Below, one piece after another: positions 1 through 8,115 of a stretch of 32,000 nt of DNA. Source of the DNA: Mycolicibacterium smegmatis (GTDB lineage Bacteria > Actinomycetota > Actinomycetes > Mycobacteriales > Mycobacteriaceae); contig NZ_LN831039.1 in the NCBI RefSeq assembly GCF_001457595.1, forward strand, positions 5,160,001 through 5,192,000, in the 5' to 3' direction. The number at the start of each line of letters is the position of its first letter. Within the stretch, counting starts at the first letter, position 1. Both the position numbers and the translations under genes were made by a program. The notes beneath the pieces are model-generated. The model did not search any database and was not told the DNA's origin. It was given only the letters and a program-made list of their open reading frames with translations.

Positions 1-2589
1 CGCGCACCGCGGACCGGCAAGAAACCGCCGTACGAGGTGGTGGACCCGCAGCCGCTCATGTCGCTGCCCAACCCCGACCGCGGTGATCTGTTCTTCGACT
101 TCGAGGGTGACCCGCTGTGGACCGACGACGGCGTGCAGTGGGGCCTGGAGTACATGTTCGGCGTGCTGGGCACCGCGCCGCGGGCCGACGAGGACTTCCA
201 CCCGCTGTGGGCCCACAACCGCCGCGAGGAGCGGCAGGCGCTGCGCGACTTCCTGGCGCTGGTGCGCAAACGCCGCAAGCGTCATCCGCACATGCACGTC
301 TACCACTACGCGGCGTACGAGAAGACCGCGCTGCTGCGCCTGGCCGGGCGTTACGGCGAAGGCGAGGACGAGGTCGACGAACTGCTGCGCGCAGGTGTGC
401 TGGTGGACCTGTATCCGCTGGTGCGCAAGAGCATTCGCGTGGGAACCGAGAACTACAGCCTGAAATCCCTTGAGCCGCTGTACATGGGTGCGCAGTTGCG
501 TGACGGCGACGTCACCACCGCGACCGATTCCATCACGCAGTACGGGCTCTACTGCACGCTGCGCGCCGAGGGCCGCGACGACGAGGCCGCGCTGGTGCTC
601 AAGGAGATCGAGGATTACAACCTCTACGACTGCGTGTCGACGCGCAAGCTGCGGGACTGGCTGATCAACCGGGCGATCGAGTGCAGCGTGCCGCCCCTTG
701 GCGCGCAACCGGTCGGCCGCGACACCGCACCCGAACCCGAGGACCAGATCGCGCGCACGCTGCGCCGCTTCGTCGGCGACGACGAGCGCACCCCGCAGCA
801 GCAGGCTGTCGCCATGATCGCGGCCGCGCGGGGCTACCACCGTCGCGAGGACAAGCCGTTCTGGTGGAGCCACTTCGACCGGCTCAACCACCCGGTCGAG
901 GAATGGTCTGACGGCGCAGGCGTTTTCGTCGCCGACACCGCGCACGTCGAGGTCGACTGGCACACCCCGCCGCGGGCGCGCAAGCCCCAGCGGTGGGTGC
1001 GCCTCACCGGCGCCATGGCCGCCGGGGAACTCAGCCGCGAGATGTACGCGCTCTACGAGCCGCCGGCCCCCTCCGGCTTGACCGACGATCCCGAGCGCCG
1101 CGCGTTCGGGTCGGTCCAGGTGCTCGAGGCCGACGATGCGTCCGCACCCACCGAGGTGCTGATCTGCGAGCGGGAACCCAAGGAGGGCGGCACCTTTCAC
1201 CAGTTGCCGTTCGCGCTGACGCCGGGCCCGCCCATCCGCACCACCGCGCTGCAGAATTCCATCGAGGCCACGGCCGCGCAGATCGCCGAAGGACTTCCCC
1301 GGCTACCCGGCAACGCCGTCGTCGACATCCTGCTGCGCAGGCCGCCGCGCACCCGCAGCGGCGGCCCGCTGCCACACGGCCAGGCAGCCAAGCACGAGCT
1401 GATCACCGCGGCACTGCTCGACCTCGACTCGTCCTACCTCGCGGTGCACGGTCCACCCGGCACGGGCAAGACATTCACGTCTGCGGCCGTGATCGCACGG
1501 CTGGTCAATCGACACCATTGGCGCATCGGCGTGGTCGCACAGGCACATGCCGTGGTGGAGAACCTTTTCCGCGACGTCATCGCCGCGGACGTGCCGGCCG
1601 ACGCCGTGGCCAAGAAGCCCCATGGTGACAACGCGTGCTGGACCGAACTGAGCGAGAAGGAATATCCCGACTTCCTCGATCAGCACACCGGCACCGGCTG
1701 CGTGATCGGCGGCACCGCATGGGATTTCGCGAACCCGGTACGCATCCCGCCCGGCAGTCTGGATCTGCTGGTGGTCGAGGAGGCCGGCCAGTACAGCCTG
1801 GCCAACACCATCGCGGTCGCCCCCGCGGCGCACAACCTGCTGCTGCTGGGCGACCCGCAGCAGCTCCCCCAGGTCAGCCAGGGCACACATCCCGAACCCG
1901 TCGACACCTCGGCGCTGGGCTGGCTCGTGGACGGCCACCACACGCTGCCCGCCGAACTCGGCTACTTCCTGGACTGCTCGTACCGCATGCACCCCGCGGT
2001 GTGCGCGGCGGTGTCGCGGCTGTCCTACGACAACCGCCTGCGCTCGGTCGACGACGTCACCGCGGCGCGCCACCTCGACGGCCAGGAACCCGGCGTGCAC
2101 GTACTGCTGGTCGACCACGACGGCAACGCCACCGACAGCCCGGAGGAGGCCCAGGTGATCGTCGCCGAGATCCGGCGACTGCTCGGCGCGGCCTGGACCG
2201 ACGAGCGCGGCACCGTGCCGCTGGGCCAGGACCACGTGCTGGTGGTGACGCCGTACAACGCACAGGTGGTGACGATGCGCCGGTATCTCGACGCGGCCGG
2301 TCTCACCGACGTGCGTGTGGGCACGGTGGACAAGTTCCAGGGCCAGCAGGCGCCCGTGGTGTTCATCTCGATGGTGGCGTCCTCGGTCGACGATGTGCCG
2401 CGCGGGATCTCGTTCCTGCTCAACCGCAATCGCCTCAACGTCGCGGTGAGCCGCGCCAAGTACGCCGCGGTGATCGTGCGGTCGGCCGCGCTCACCGAAT
2501 ACCTGCCCTCGACCCCGGCCGGTGTCGTGGAACTCGGCGCGTTCTTGGCCCTACCCGATGCCCTACCCGGCGCCCTGAACACCGTGTGA
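1..2589 (+). CDS. RecB/RNase-H-fold nuclease fused to an SF1B (Upf1/DNA2-like) helicase; 5'-partial, with the reading frame open to the window edge
   Basis: Frame 1 has no stop between nt 1 and the listed GTG at 37, so the true start is probably upstream of the window. N-terminal nuclease-like motifs: DLFFDFEGDP, HVYHYAAYEK, EDYNLYDC. Helicase motifs: Walker A GPPGTGKT, Walker B LLVVEEAGQ, LLLLGDPQQLPQV, YRMHP, TVDKFQGQQAPVVFIS, RLNVAVSRAK. Resembles the mycobacterial Rv1251c family (from memory). Confidence 0.85.
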   Translation, partial: RAPRTGKKPPYEVVDPQPLMSLPNPDRGDLFFDFEGDPLWTDDGVQWGLEYMFGVLGTAPRADEDFHPLWAHNRREERQALRDFLALVRKRRKRHPHMHVYHYAAYEKTALLRLAGRYGEGEDEVDELLRAGVLVDLYPLVRKSIRVGTENYSLKSLEPLYMGAQLRDGDVTTATDSITQYGLYCTLRAEGRDDEAALVLKEIEDYNLYDCVSTRKLRDWLINRAIECSVPPLGAQPVGRDTAPEPEDQIARTLRRFVGDDERTPQQQAVAMIAAARGYHRREDKPFWWSHFDRLNHPVEEWSDGAGVFVADTAHVEVDWHTPPRARKPQRWVRLTGAMAAGELSREMYALYEPPAPSGLTDDPERRAFGSVQVLEADDASAPTEVLICEREPKEGGTFHQLPFALTPGPPIRTTALQNSIEATAAQIAEGLPRLPGNAVVDILLRRPPRTRSGGPLPHGQAAKHELITAALLDLDSSYLAVHGPPGTGKTFTSAAVIARLVNRHHWRIGVVAQAHAVVENLFRDVIAADVPADAVAKKPHGDNACWTELSEKEYPDFLDQHTGTGCVIGGTAWDFANPVRIPPGSLDLLVVEEAGQYSLANTIAVAPAAHNLLLLGDPQQLPQVSQGTHPEPVDTSALGWLVDGHHTLPAELGYFLDCSYRMHPAVCAAVSRLSYDNRLRSVDDVTAARHLDGQEPGVHVLLVDHDGNATDSPEEAQVIVAEIRRLLGAAWTDERGTVPLGQDHVLVVTPYNAQVVTMRRYLDAAGLTDVRVGTVDKFQGQQAPVVFISMVASSVDDVPRGISFLLNRNRLNVAVSRAKYAAVIVRSAALTEYLPSTPAGVVELGAFLALPDALPGALNTV

Positions 2590-2602
2590 TAGACCCCCTT
2601 GC

Positions 2603-3958
2603 GTGGCTGAAGCGCTCACCGAACGGCTCGCGCACATCGTCGGCGCGGGTCACGTCAGCACCGATCCCGATGTGCTGGCGGCGCGGTCGGTCGACCACAC
2701 CGGACGCTATCGAGGACGGGCTTGCGCGCTGGTCCGCCCCGGGACAGGCGACCAGGTCGCCGCGGTGCTGCGCGCGTGCCGCGACGCCGGGGCGTACGTC
2801 ACGGTGCAGGGTGGCCGCACGTCACTGGTCGCGGGCACCGTGCCCGAGCACGACGACGTGCTGCTGTCGACCGAGCGGCTCACCACCATCGGCGGCGTCG
2901 ACACCGTCGAGCGCCGCATCAGCGTCGGCGCGGGCGTGACGCTCGCGGCCGTACAGAAGACCGCCGCGGCCGCGGGCCTGGTGTTCGGCGTCGACCTCGC
3001 GGCACGGGATTCGGCCACCGTGGGCGGCATGGCCTCGACCAACGCGGGCGGCCTGCGCACCGTGCGGTACGGCAACATGGGCGAGCAGGTCCTGGGCCTC
3101 GACATCGCGCTGCCCGACGGGTCGGTGGTGCACCGGCACAGCCAGGTACGCCGCGACAACACCGGATACGACCTCACGTCGCTGTTCGTCGGCGCCGAGG
3201 GCACACTCGGGGTGATCACGGCGCTGGACCTGCGGCTGTATCCCGTCCCGACGCACCGCGCCACTGCCGTGTGCGGTTTCGCCGATCTGGACGCCCTGGT
3301 CGAAACCGGAAGGCGGTTCCGGGATCTCGACGGCATCGCGGCGCTCGAGTTGATCGACGCGCGTGCGGGCAGGCTGGCCGCTGAACACCTCGGCGTCCCC
3401 GTCCCGGTCGCCGGATCATGGCTGCTGCTCATCGAACTCGCCGGTGACACCGACCAGACCGAGCGACTCGCCGACGCGCTCACCGATGCGCAGGTGTGCG
3501 ACGAACCCGCGGTCGGCATCGACATCGGCGCGCAGCAGCGGCTGTGGAACGTACGCGAATCGCTCGCCGAGGTGGTGGGCCTGTTCGGACCGCCGCTGAA
3601 ATTCGATGTGTCGCTGCCCCTTTCGGCCATCGCCGGGTTCGCCGAATCCGCGGGCAAGCTGGTCGCCGAACACGCGCCGGACGCGATCCCGGTGTTGTTC
3701 GGCCACATCGGCGAGGGCAACCTGCACCTCAACGTGCTGCGCTGCGCGCTGGACACCGAGCCCGCGCTGTACGCGGCCATGATGGCGCTGATCGCCGACT
3801 GCGGCGGCAACGTCAGCTCCGAACACGGTGTCGGCACCCGCAAGCGCGACTACGTCGCGATGTCGCGCACCCCCGCCGACATCGCCGCGATGCGCGCGGT
3901 CAAGGCCGCGTTGGATCCGCGGGGTTACCTGAACCCCGCGGTGCTGTTCGGTCAGTGA
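2603..3958 (+). CDS. FAD-linked oxidase, GlcD / D-lactate (2-hydroxyacid) dehydrogenase family
   Basis: GTG start 13 nt after the upstream stop, so probably an operon. PCMH-type FAD-binding motifs: VTVQGGRTSLVAG, GGMASTNAGGLRTVRYGNMGEQVLGLDIALPDG. C-terminal motifs: HIGEGNLHLNV and SSEHGVGTRKRDY. Confidence 0.85.
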   Translation: MAEALTERLAHIVGAGHVSTDPDVLAARSVDHTGRYRGRACALVRPGTGDQVAAVLRACRDAGAYVTVQGGRTSLVAGTVPEHDDVLLSTERLTTIGGVDTVERRISVGAGVTLAAVQKTAAAAGLVFGVDLAARDSATVGGMASTNAGGLRTVRYGNMGEQVLGLDIALPDGSVVHRHSQVRRDNTGYDLTSLFVGAEGTLGVITALDLRLYPVPTHRATAVCGFADLDALVETGRRFRDLDGIAALELIDARAGRLAAEHLGVPVPVAGSWLLLIELAGDTDQTERLADALTDAQVCDEPAVGIDIGAQQRLWNVRESLAEVVGLFGPPLKFDVSLPLSAIAGFAESAGKLVAEHAPDAIPVLFGHIGEGNLHLNVLRCALDTEPALYAAMMALIADCGGNVSSEHGVGTRKRDYVAMSRTPADIAAMRAVKAALDPRGYLNPAVLFGQ

Positions 3959-3965
3959 GCGAGGG

Positions 3966-5672
3966 TCACCGGCGCTGCGGACCGCGACCGGGCAGCGGAT
4001 CCTCCGGCGGCGCGTCCTGCATCAACCGGTCGAGGATGTGCTGCCACCGGTCGTCCTGCGGATCGGTGGGCGGATCCTCGGGCGGGTCGCTGCTCAGGAT
4101 GATCTCGATGTACTCATCGTCGTCGGGATAGTCGCCCGCGTGCTCCGGTTCGGGATGCCCCGCCGCGCGGTTGCTGCCGAAGCCCAGCAGGAACAGCGCG
4201 GCCACCACACCGAACAGCGCGATGAACGCAGGCAGCAGCATGGCCTGCGACATCGCGGCCGAGAACGGTTCACGCAGGAACTCGGGAAGCTGCTCCACCG
4301 CGCCCCCCGCTTCGCCCGCGGGTGCCGCGTCCTGCATGCCAGGAACCTCGTCGGTGATGCGCCACGTCATGAACGCCGCGATCCCCGCACTGCCCAGCAC
4401 CGAGCCGACCTGCCGCGTCGTGTTGTAGACGCCCGATCCGGCGCCGGCCAGATCGGGCGGCAGGTGCCGCGTGGCCGTGGCCGCAAGCGGTGACCAGATG
4501 AACGCCATGCCGATGCCCATGAGCAGTTGCGGCAGCAGCAGCCGCCAGATCGGCGTCGTGGGCGCCATCTCGATCGACAGCCAGGTCAGCCCGATCGCCA
4601 TGGCCGAGAAGCCGAAGCCGATCACGGGCATGGGGTGCACGCGGTCGACGATGCGCCCGACGAACGGTGCCAGCACGCCGCTTGCGATCGCGGTCGGCGC
4701 GGTGACCAACGCCGACCGGATGGGCGACAGACCGCACACGGTCTGCAGATAGAACATCAGCGGCAGGATCATCGCGGTGACCGCGAACCCGATGACGGCG
4801 ACGCCGATGTTGGCGAGCGTGAAGTCGCGGTCGGCGAAGACCCGCAGCGGGATGAGCGGTTCGCGCGTGTTCACCGACTGCCAGAAGAAGAACGCGGCCA
4901 TGACCCCGACACCCAGCGTCGCGGTGCCCCACACCCACGGCGCCCAATCCTTCGACTGCCCCTCCTGCAGCGCGAACACGATCAGGAACATGCCGACCGC
5001 GGACAGCACGATGCCCGGGATGTCGAAGTGGTGCCGCGTGGTCGGCAGCGTCGGCACCAGCCACACCGCGAGTGCGATGCCCACGATGCCGACGGGCACG
5101 TTGACGAAGAAGATCCACTGCCAGCCCAGTCCGCCCACCAGCACACCGCCGGCCAGCGGGCCCACGAGTGTCGCGACGCCCGCCGTGGCTCCCCACACGC
5201 TCATCGCGACACCGCGCCGGTTGGCCGGGAAGATGCGCGTGATCGCCGACAGCGTCTGCGGCGTCAGCAGCGCCGCGCCGATACCCTGTACGACGCGCGC
5301 GGCGATCAGCATCTCGATGCTGCCCGCCAGACCGCACCACAGCGAGGCCGCGGTGAAGACACCCAGACCCAGCAGGTAGAGGTTCTTGGGCCCGTACATG
5401 TCCCCGAGCCGGCCCGTGACGAGCAGCGGTACCGCGTATGCCAGCAGATACGCGCTGGTCACCCAGATCACGCCGTCGTAGTCGGCACCGAGTTCCACCA
5501 TGATCGTCGGGTTCGCGACCGAGACGATCGTCGCGTCGACCAGGATCATGAAGAACCCGAACATCATGGCCCACAGCGCATTCCACGGATTCCCCGTACC
5601 GTCCTGCGGGCGCAGTGCACCCACTCGGCTGGGGAGCAGGCCCGCGATGCGGGCGTTCAGCGATGAAGGCAT
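3966..5672 (-). CDS. MFS transporter, DHA2 (EmrB/QacA-like, 14-TMS type) drug/H+ antiporter with an acidic proline-rich C-terminal tail
   Basis: 568-aa ORF with an ATG start and many hydrophobic helices. MFS motif A-like [16 protein letters not shown]. Its length and topology are typical of DHA2. The last ~68 aa are non-membrane, acidic and Pro-rich. Confidence 0.85.
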   Translation of the reverse strand: MPSSLNARIAGLLPSRVGALRPQDGTGNPWNALWAMMFGFFMILVDATIVSVANPTIMVELGADYDGVIWVTSAYLLAYAVPLLVTGRLGDMYGPKNLYLLGLGVFTAASLWCGLAGSIEMLIAARVVQGIGAALLTPQTLSAITRIFPANRRGVAMSVWGATAGVATLVGPLAGGVLVGGLGWQWIFFVNVPVGIVGIALAVWLVPTLPTTRHHFDIPGIVLSAVGMFLIVFALQEGQSKDWAPWVWGTATLGVGVMAAFFFWQSVNTREPLIPLRVFADRDFTLANIGVAVIGFAVTAMILPLMFYLQTVCGLSPIRSALVTAPTAIASGVLAPFVGRIVDRVHPMPVIGFGFSAMAIGLTWLSIEMAPTTPIWRLLLPQLLMGIGMAFIWSPLAATATRHLPPDLAGAGSGVYNTTRQVGSVLGSAGIAAFMTWRITDEVPGMQDAAPAGEAGGAVEQLPEFLREPFSAAMSQAMLLPAFIALFGVVAALFLLGFGSNRAAGHPEPEHAGDYPDDDEYIEIILSSDPPEDPPTDPQDDRWQHILDRLMQDAPPEDPLPGRGPQRR

Positions 5673-5730
5673 GACAAGTCGGTGGTGAATCGGGATTCTC
5701 GGGGCGCAGCCGACGCTACGGACCCGCCCC

Positions 5731-5759
5731 TATCCAAACAAGTCCGCCCGTTCGCGGAC
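5731..5759 (-). terminator. Candidate intrinsic terminator after the Bcr-like MFS gene
   Basis: On the minus strand, 3 nt after the stop: GTCCGC-GAACGG-GCGGAC (6-bp perfect stem, plus coordinates 5742-5759), followed by TTGTTTGGATA. Confidence 0.45.
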
Positions 5760-5762
5760 CGG

Positions 5763-7058
5763 TCAGGCCGGTTCGGCCACCGCCTCGGCAACCACATCAT
5801 CGGAGCCGGGGCCGTCCTCGTTACCGTCGTGGGTCTCGTCATCGGCGTGGCTGCCGCCGACGAGGAGCAACGCCACGAGCGCGATGGCCATACCGGCGGT
5901 CATCACACCCGAGAGCGCCAGCGCGCCGTTGCCCAGCGCCCCGACCAGCGGGGCCACCAGCGCGCCGATGCCGAACTGCGCGGCCCCCAGCAGGGCGGCC
6001 GCGGTGCCCGCGGCCTCGGAATGCCGTGACAACGCCACCGCGGGCGCGTTGGGGATCACGAAGCCCATGGCCGTGAGGATGGCCATGACCGGCACCAGGA
6101 ACCCGATGAGTCCCCCGACGTCGGCGATCGTCAGACCGACGAACACCGCGCCCACCACGGTCGCCGACGCCAGCGCGGCCACCGTGATGGCCTGCGGGGT
6201 GAAACGCCGCAGCAGCACGACGTTGAACTGCGTCGACCCGATCAGCGCGACCGCGCCCGCGGCGAACACCGCCGCGAACATCTGCTGGTCCAGGCCGTAG
6301 CGGCCCTGCAGCACGAACGGGGCCGCCGAGATGTAGGCGAACAGCCCGGACATGCCCAGCGCGGCGACCAGCACCAGGATCACGAAGCGTGCGTCGTGCA
6401 GCAGCCGGCCGTAGGTCCGCATGATGCCGCCCACCTTGAGCGGACGGCGGTGCGACGTCGGCAGCGTCTCGGGCAGCGCCAGCGCCGCCATGACGAGCAA
6501 CAGACCGGCCAGGATCACCAGGGCGACGAACACCCAGTGCCACGAAGCCTTCAGCAACACCGCGGCGCCCAGCGAGGGCGCGAGTACGGGCGCCACGCCC
6601 AGCACCAGCATGAGCCGCGACATCACGGTCGCGGCGGTGTTGCCGGAGTAGAGGTCGCCGACGACGGCGATCGCGACCACCGCGGCCGCGGACGCACCCA
6701 TGCCCTGCAGCCCGCGCGCGATGCCCAGCACGGCGATGTTGGGCGCCAGGAAGCACAGCACCGACGCCGCCATGTGCAGCACGATGCCCGCCAACAGCGG
6801 ACGGCGCCTGCCGAGCGAATCCGACAGCGACCCGACCACCAACTGGCCCAGCGCCAGGCCCGCCAGGGTCCCGGTCAGGGTCAGCTGTGCGACCGAAGAC
6901 GAGACCGACAGTTCCTCGCCGATCTTCGGCAACGCCGGAAGGTACATGTCGATGGTGAGAGGGCCCAGAGTGATCAACGCACCGAGCACCAAGATCATCC
7001 GAGTGCGACTCGGCACGCCCGCTGTATTTCTCTGGTCCACGTCGGGCGATGATGCCAT
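5763..7058 (-). CDS. MFS transporter, DHA1 Bcr/CflA (Tap-like) multidrug efflux family
   Basis: 431-aa ORF with an ATG start. Bcr/CflA signature PLTIDMYLPALPKIGEEL and motif A GSLSDSLGRRRPLL. About 12 hydrophobic segments and a short acidic C-terminus. Confidence 0.85.
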   Translation of the reverse strand: MASSPDVDQRNTAGVPSRTRMILVLGALITLGPLTIDMYLPALPKIGEELSVSSSVAQLTLTGTLAGLALGQLVVGSLSDSLGRRRPLLAGIVLHMAASVLCFLAPNIAVLGIARGLQGMGASAAAVVAIAVVGDLYSGNTAATVMSRLMLVLGVAPVLAPSLGAAVLLKASWHWVFVALVILAGLLLVMAALALPETLPTSHRRPLKVGGIMRTYGRLLHDARFVILVLVAALGMSGLFAYISAAPFVLQGRYGLDQQMFAAVFAAGAVALIGSTQFNVVLLRRFTPQAITVAALASATVVGAVFVGLTIADVGGLIGFLVPVMAILTAMGFVIPNAPAVALSRHSEAAGTAAALLGAAQFGIGALVAPLVGALGNGALALSGVMTAGMAIALVALLLVGGSHADDETHDGNEDGPGSDDVVAEAVAEPA

Positions 7059-7213
7059 GAAAGTTATTAGCCCGTCATATCAATATTTTCTTCCCGAACC
7101 CTCGTGATCGGGGTCACGCCCGGGCACGCGCGGGAATCTCCGTTCGTTAACTGTGTGCTGCGCCAGGGCTAGCCTGGACAGTCGAGTCAGCATTGCGACG
7201 TGGGGAGGCCCGC

Positions 7214-7975
7214 ATGGTGTTCGGTCGGTCGAAGAGCAAAAACCTGCCTGCGACTGTCGAGGGCGCGAACGGCCTCTCCGACGATCCCGGCACTGCCGCC
7301 AAGGTGCTCTCGCACATCATCGAGAGCAGCACACGCGTGCAGGCCCCCGCGGTGCGGGCCTACGTGGAACGGCTGCGCAGCCAGCAGCCGGACGCCACAC
7401 CCGCCCAGATCGTCAGCAGGCTGGAGAAGCACTACCTGGCCGCGGTGATGGCCAGCGGCGCGGCGGTCGGATCGGCCGCGGCGTTCCCGGGGATCGGCAC
7501 GCTGGCGGCCCTGTCGGCCGTCGCGGGCGAGACCGTGGTGTTCCTCGAGGCCACCTCGGTGTTCGTGCTCGCGGTCGCCGAGGTGCACGGTATCCCCGCC
7601 GACCACCGCGAACGGCGCCGTGCGCTGGTGCTTTCCGTGCTGGTCGGCGAGGACAGCAAACGCGCGCTGGCCGACCTGCTCGGGACCGGGCGCACGAGCG
7701 GCGCATGGCTGTCCGACGGCGCAGCAACGCTGCCCCTGCCCGCGGTGTCGCAGCTGAACTCCCGGCTGGTCAGGTACTTCGTGAAGCGGTATACGCTCAA
7801 GCGCGGCGCCATGGCCTTCGGCAAGCTGCTGCCGGTGGGCATCGGCGCGCTCATCGGCGGAGTCGGCAACCGCATGATGGGTAAGAAGATCGTCGCCAAC
7901 GCCGCCAAGGCGTTCGGCGCACCCCCGCCGCGGTGGCCGGCAACGTTGCATGTGCTGCCGTCCGCTCAGACCTGA
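7214..7975 (+). CDS. Conserved hypothetical membrane protein (Rv1249c-like)
   Basis: The ORF track starts at 7193. I prefer ATG 7214 (MVFGRSKSK…) because GGGGAGG (7202-7208) lies about 6 nt upstream. Gly/Ala-rich hydrophobic segments. Sits next to kgd, as in mycobacterial synteny (from memory). Confidence 0.7.
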   Translation: MVFGRSKSKNLPATVEGANGLSDDPGTAAKVLSHIIESSTRVQAPAVRAYVERLRSQQPDATPAQIVSRLEKHYLAAVMASGAAVGSAAAFPGIGTLAALSAVAGETVVFLEATSVFVLAVAEVHGIPADHRERRRALVLSVLVGEDSKRALADLLGTGRTSGAWLSDGAATLPLPAVSQLNSRLVRYFVKRYTLKRGAMAFGKLLPVGIGALIGGVGNRMMGKKIVANAAKAFGAPPPRWPATLHVLPSAQT

Positions 7976-8068
7976 TCAGATATGCGGTGCCGTGGTCGGC
8001 GCGCGCATGGGCGCGATAGCCTTAAGCGGGGGTCGAGCGGGTCAACCACCAAGAAGACGGAAAACAAG

Positions 8069-8096
8069 CGGCAAGCTCACTTGTCACGGCTTGCCG
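8069..8096 (+). promoter_or_regulatory. Stem-loop in the kgd upstream region (terminator of the upstream gene or a kgd 5'-leader structure)
   Basis: CGGCAAGC (8069-8076) pairs perfectly with GCTTGCCG (8089-8096); 12-nt loop TCACTTGTCACG. No U-tract follows. Lies 20 nt upstream of the kgd start. Confidence 0.35.
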
Positions 8097-8115
8097 GACA
8101 CAAGAATCGAGGCGA

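Noticed and set aside
4270-5586. A 438-aa same-strand alternative-frame ORF inside the DHA2 MFS gene. Similar +1/+2 frame ORFs exist elsewhere (e.g. 1635..2939, 5839..6756, 15209..16189).
   Set aside because: The compositions are Arg/Ala/Gly/Pro-rich, typical of off-frame translation of GC-rich genes. There are no hydrophobic helices or motifs, and the overlapping frame encodes a complete, recognisable protein.
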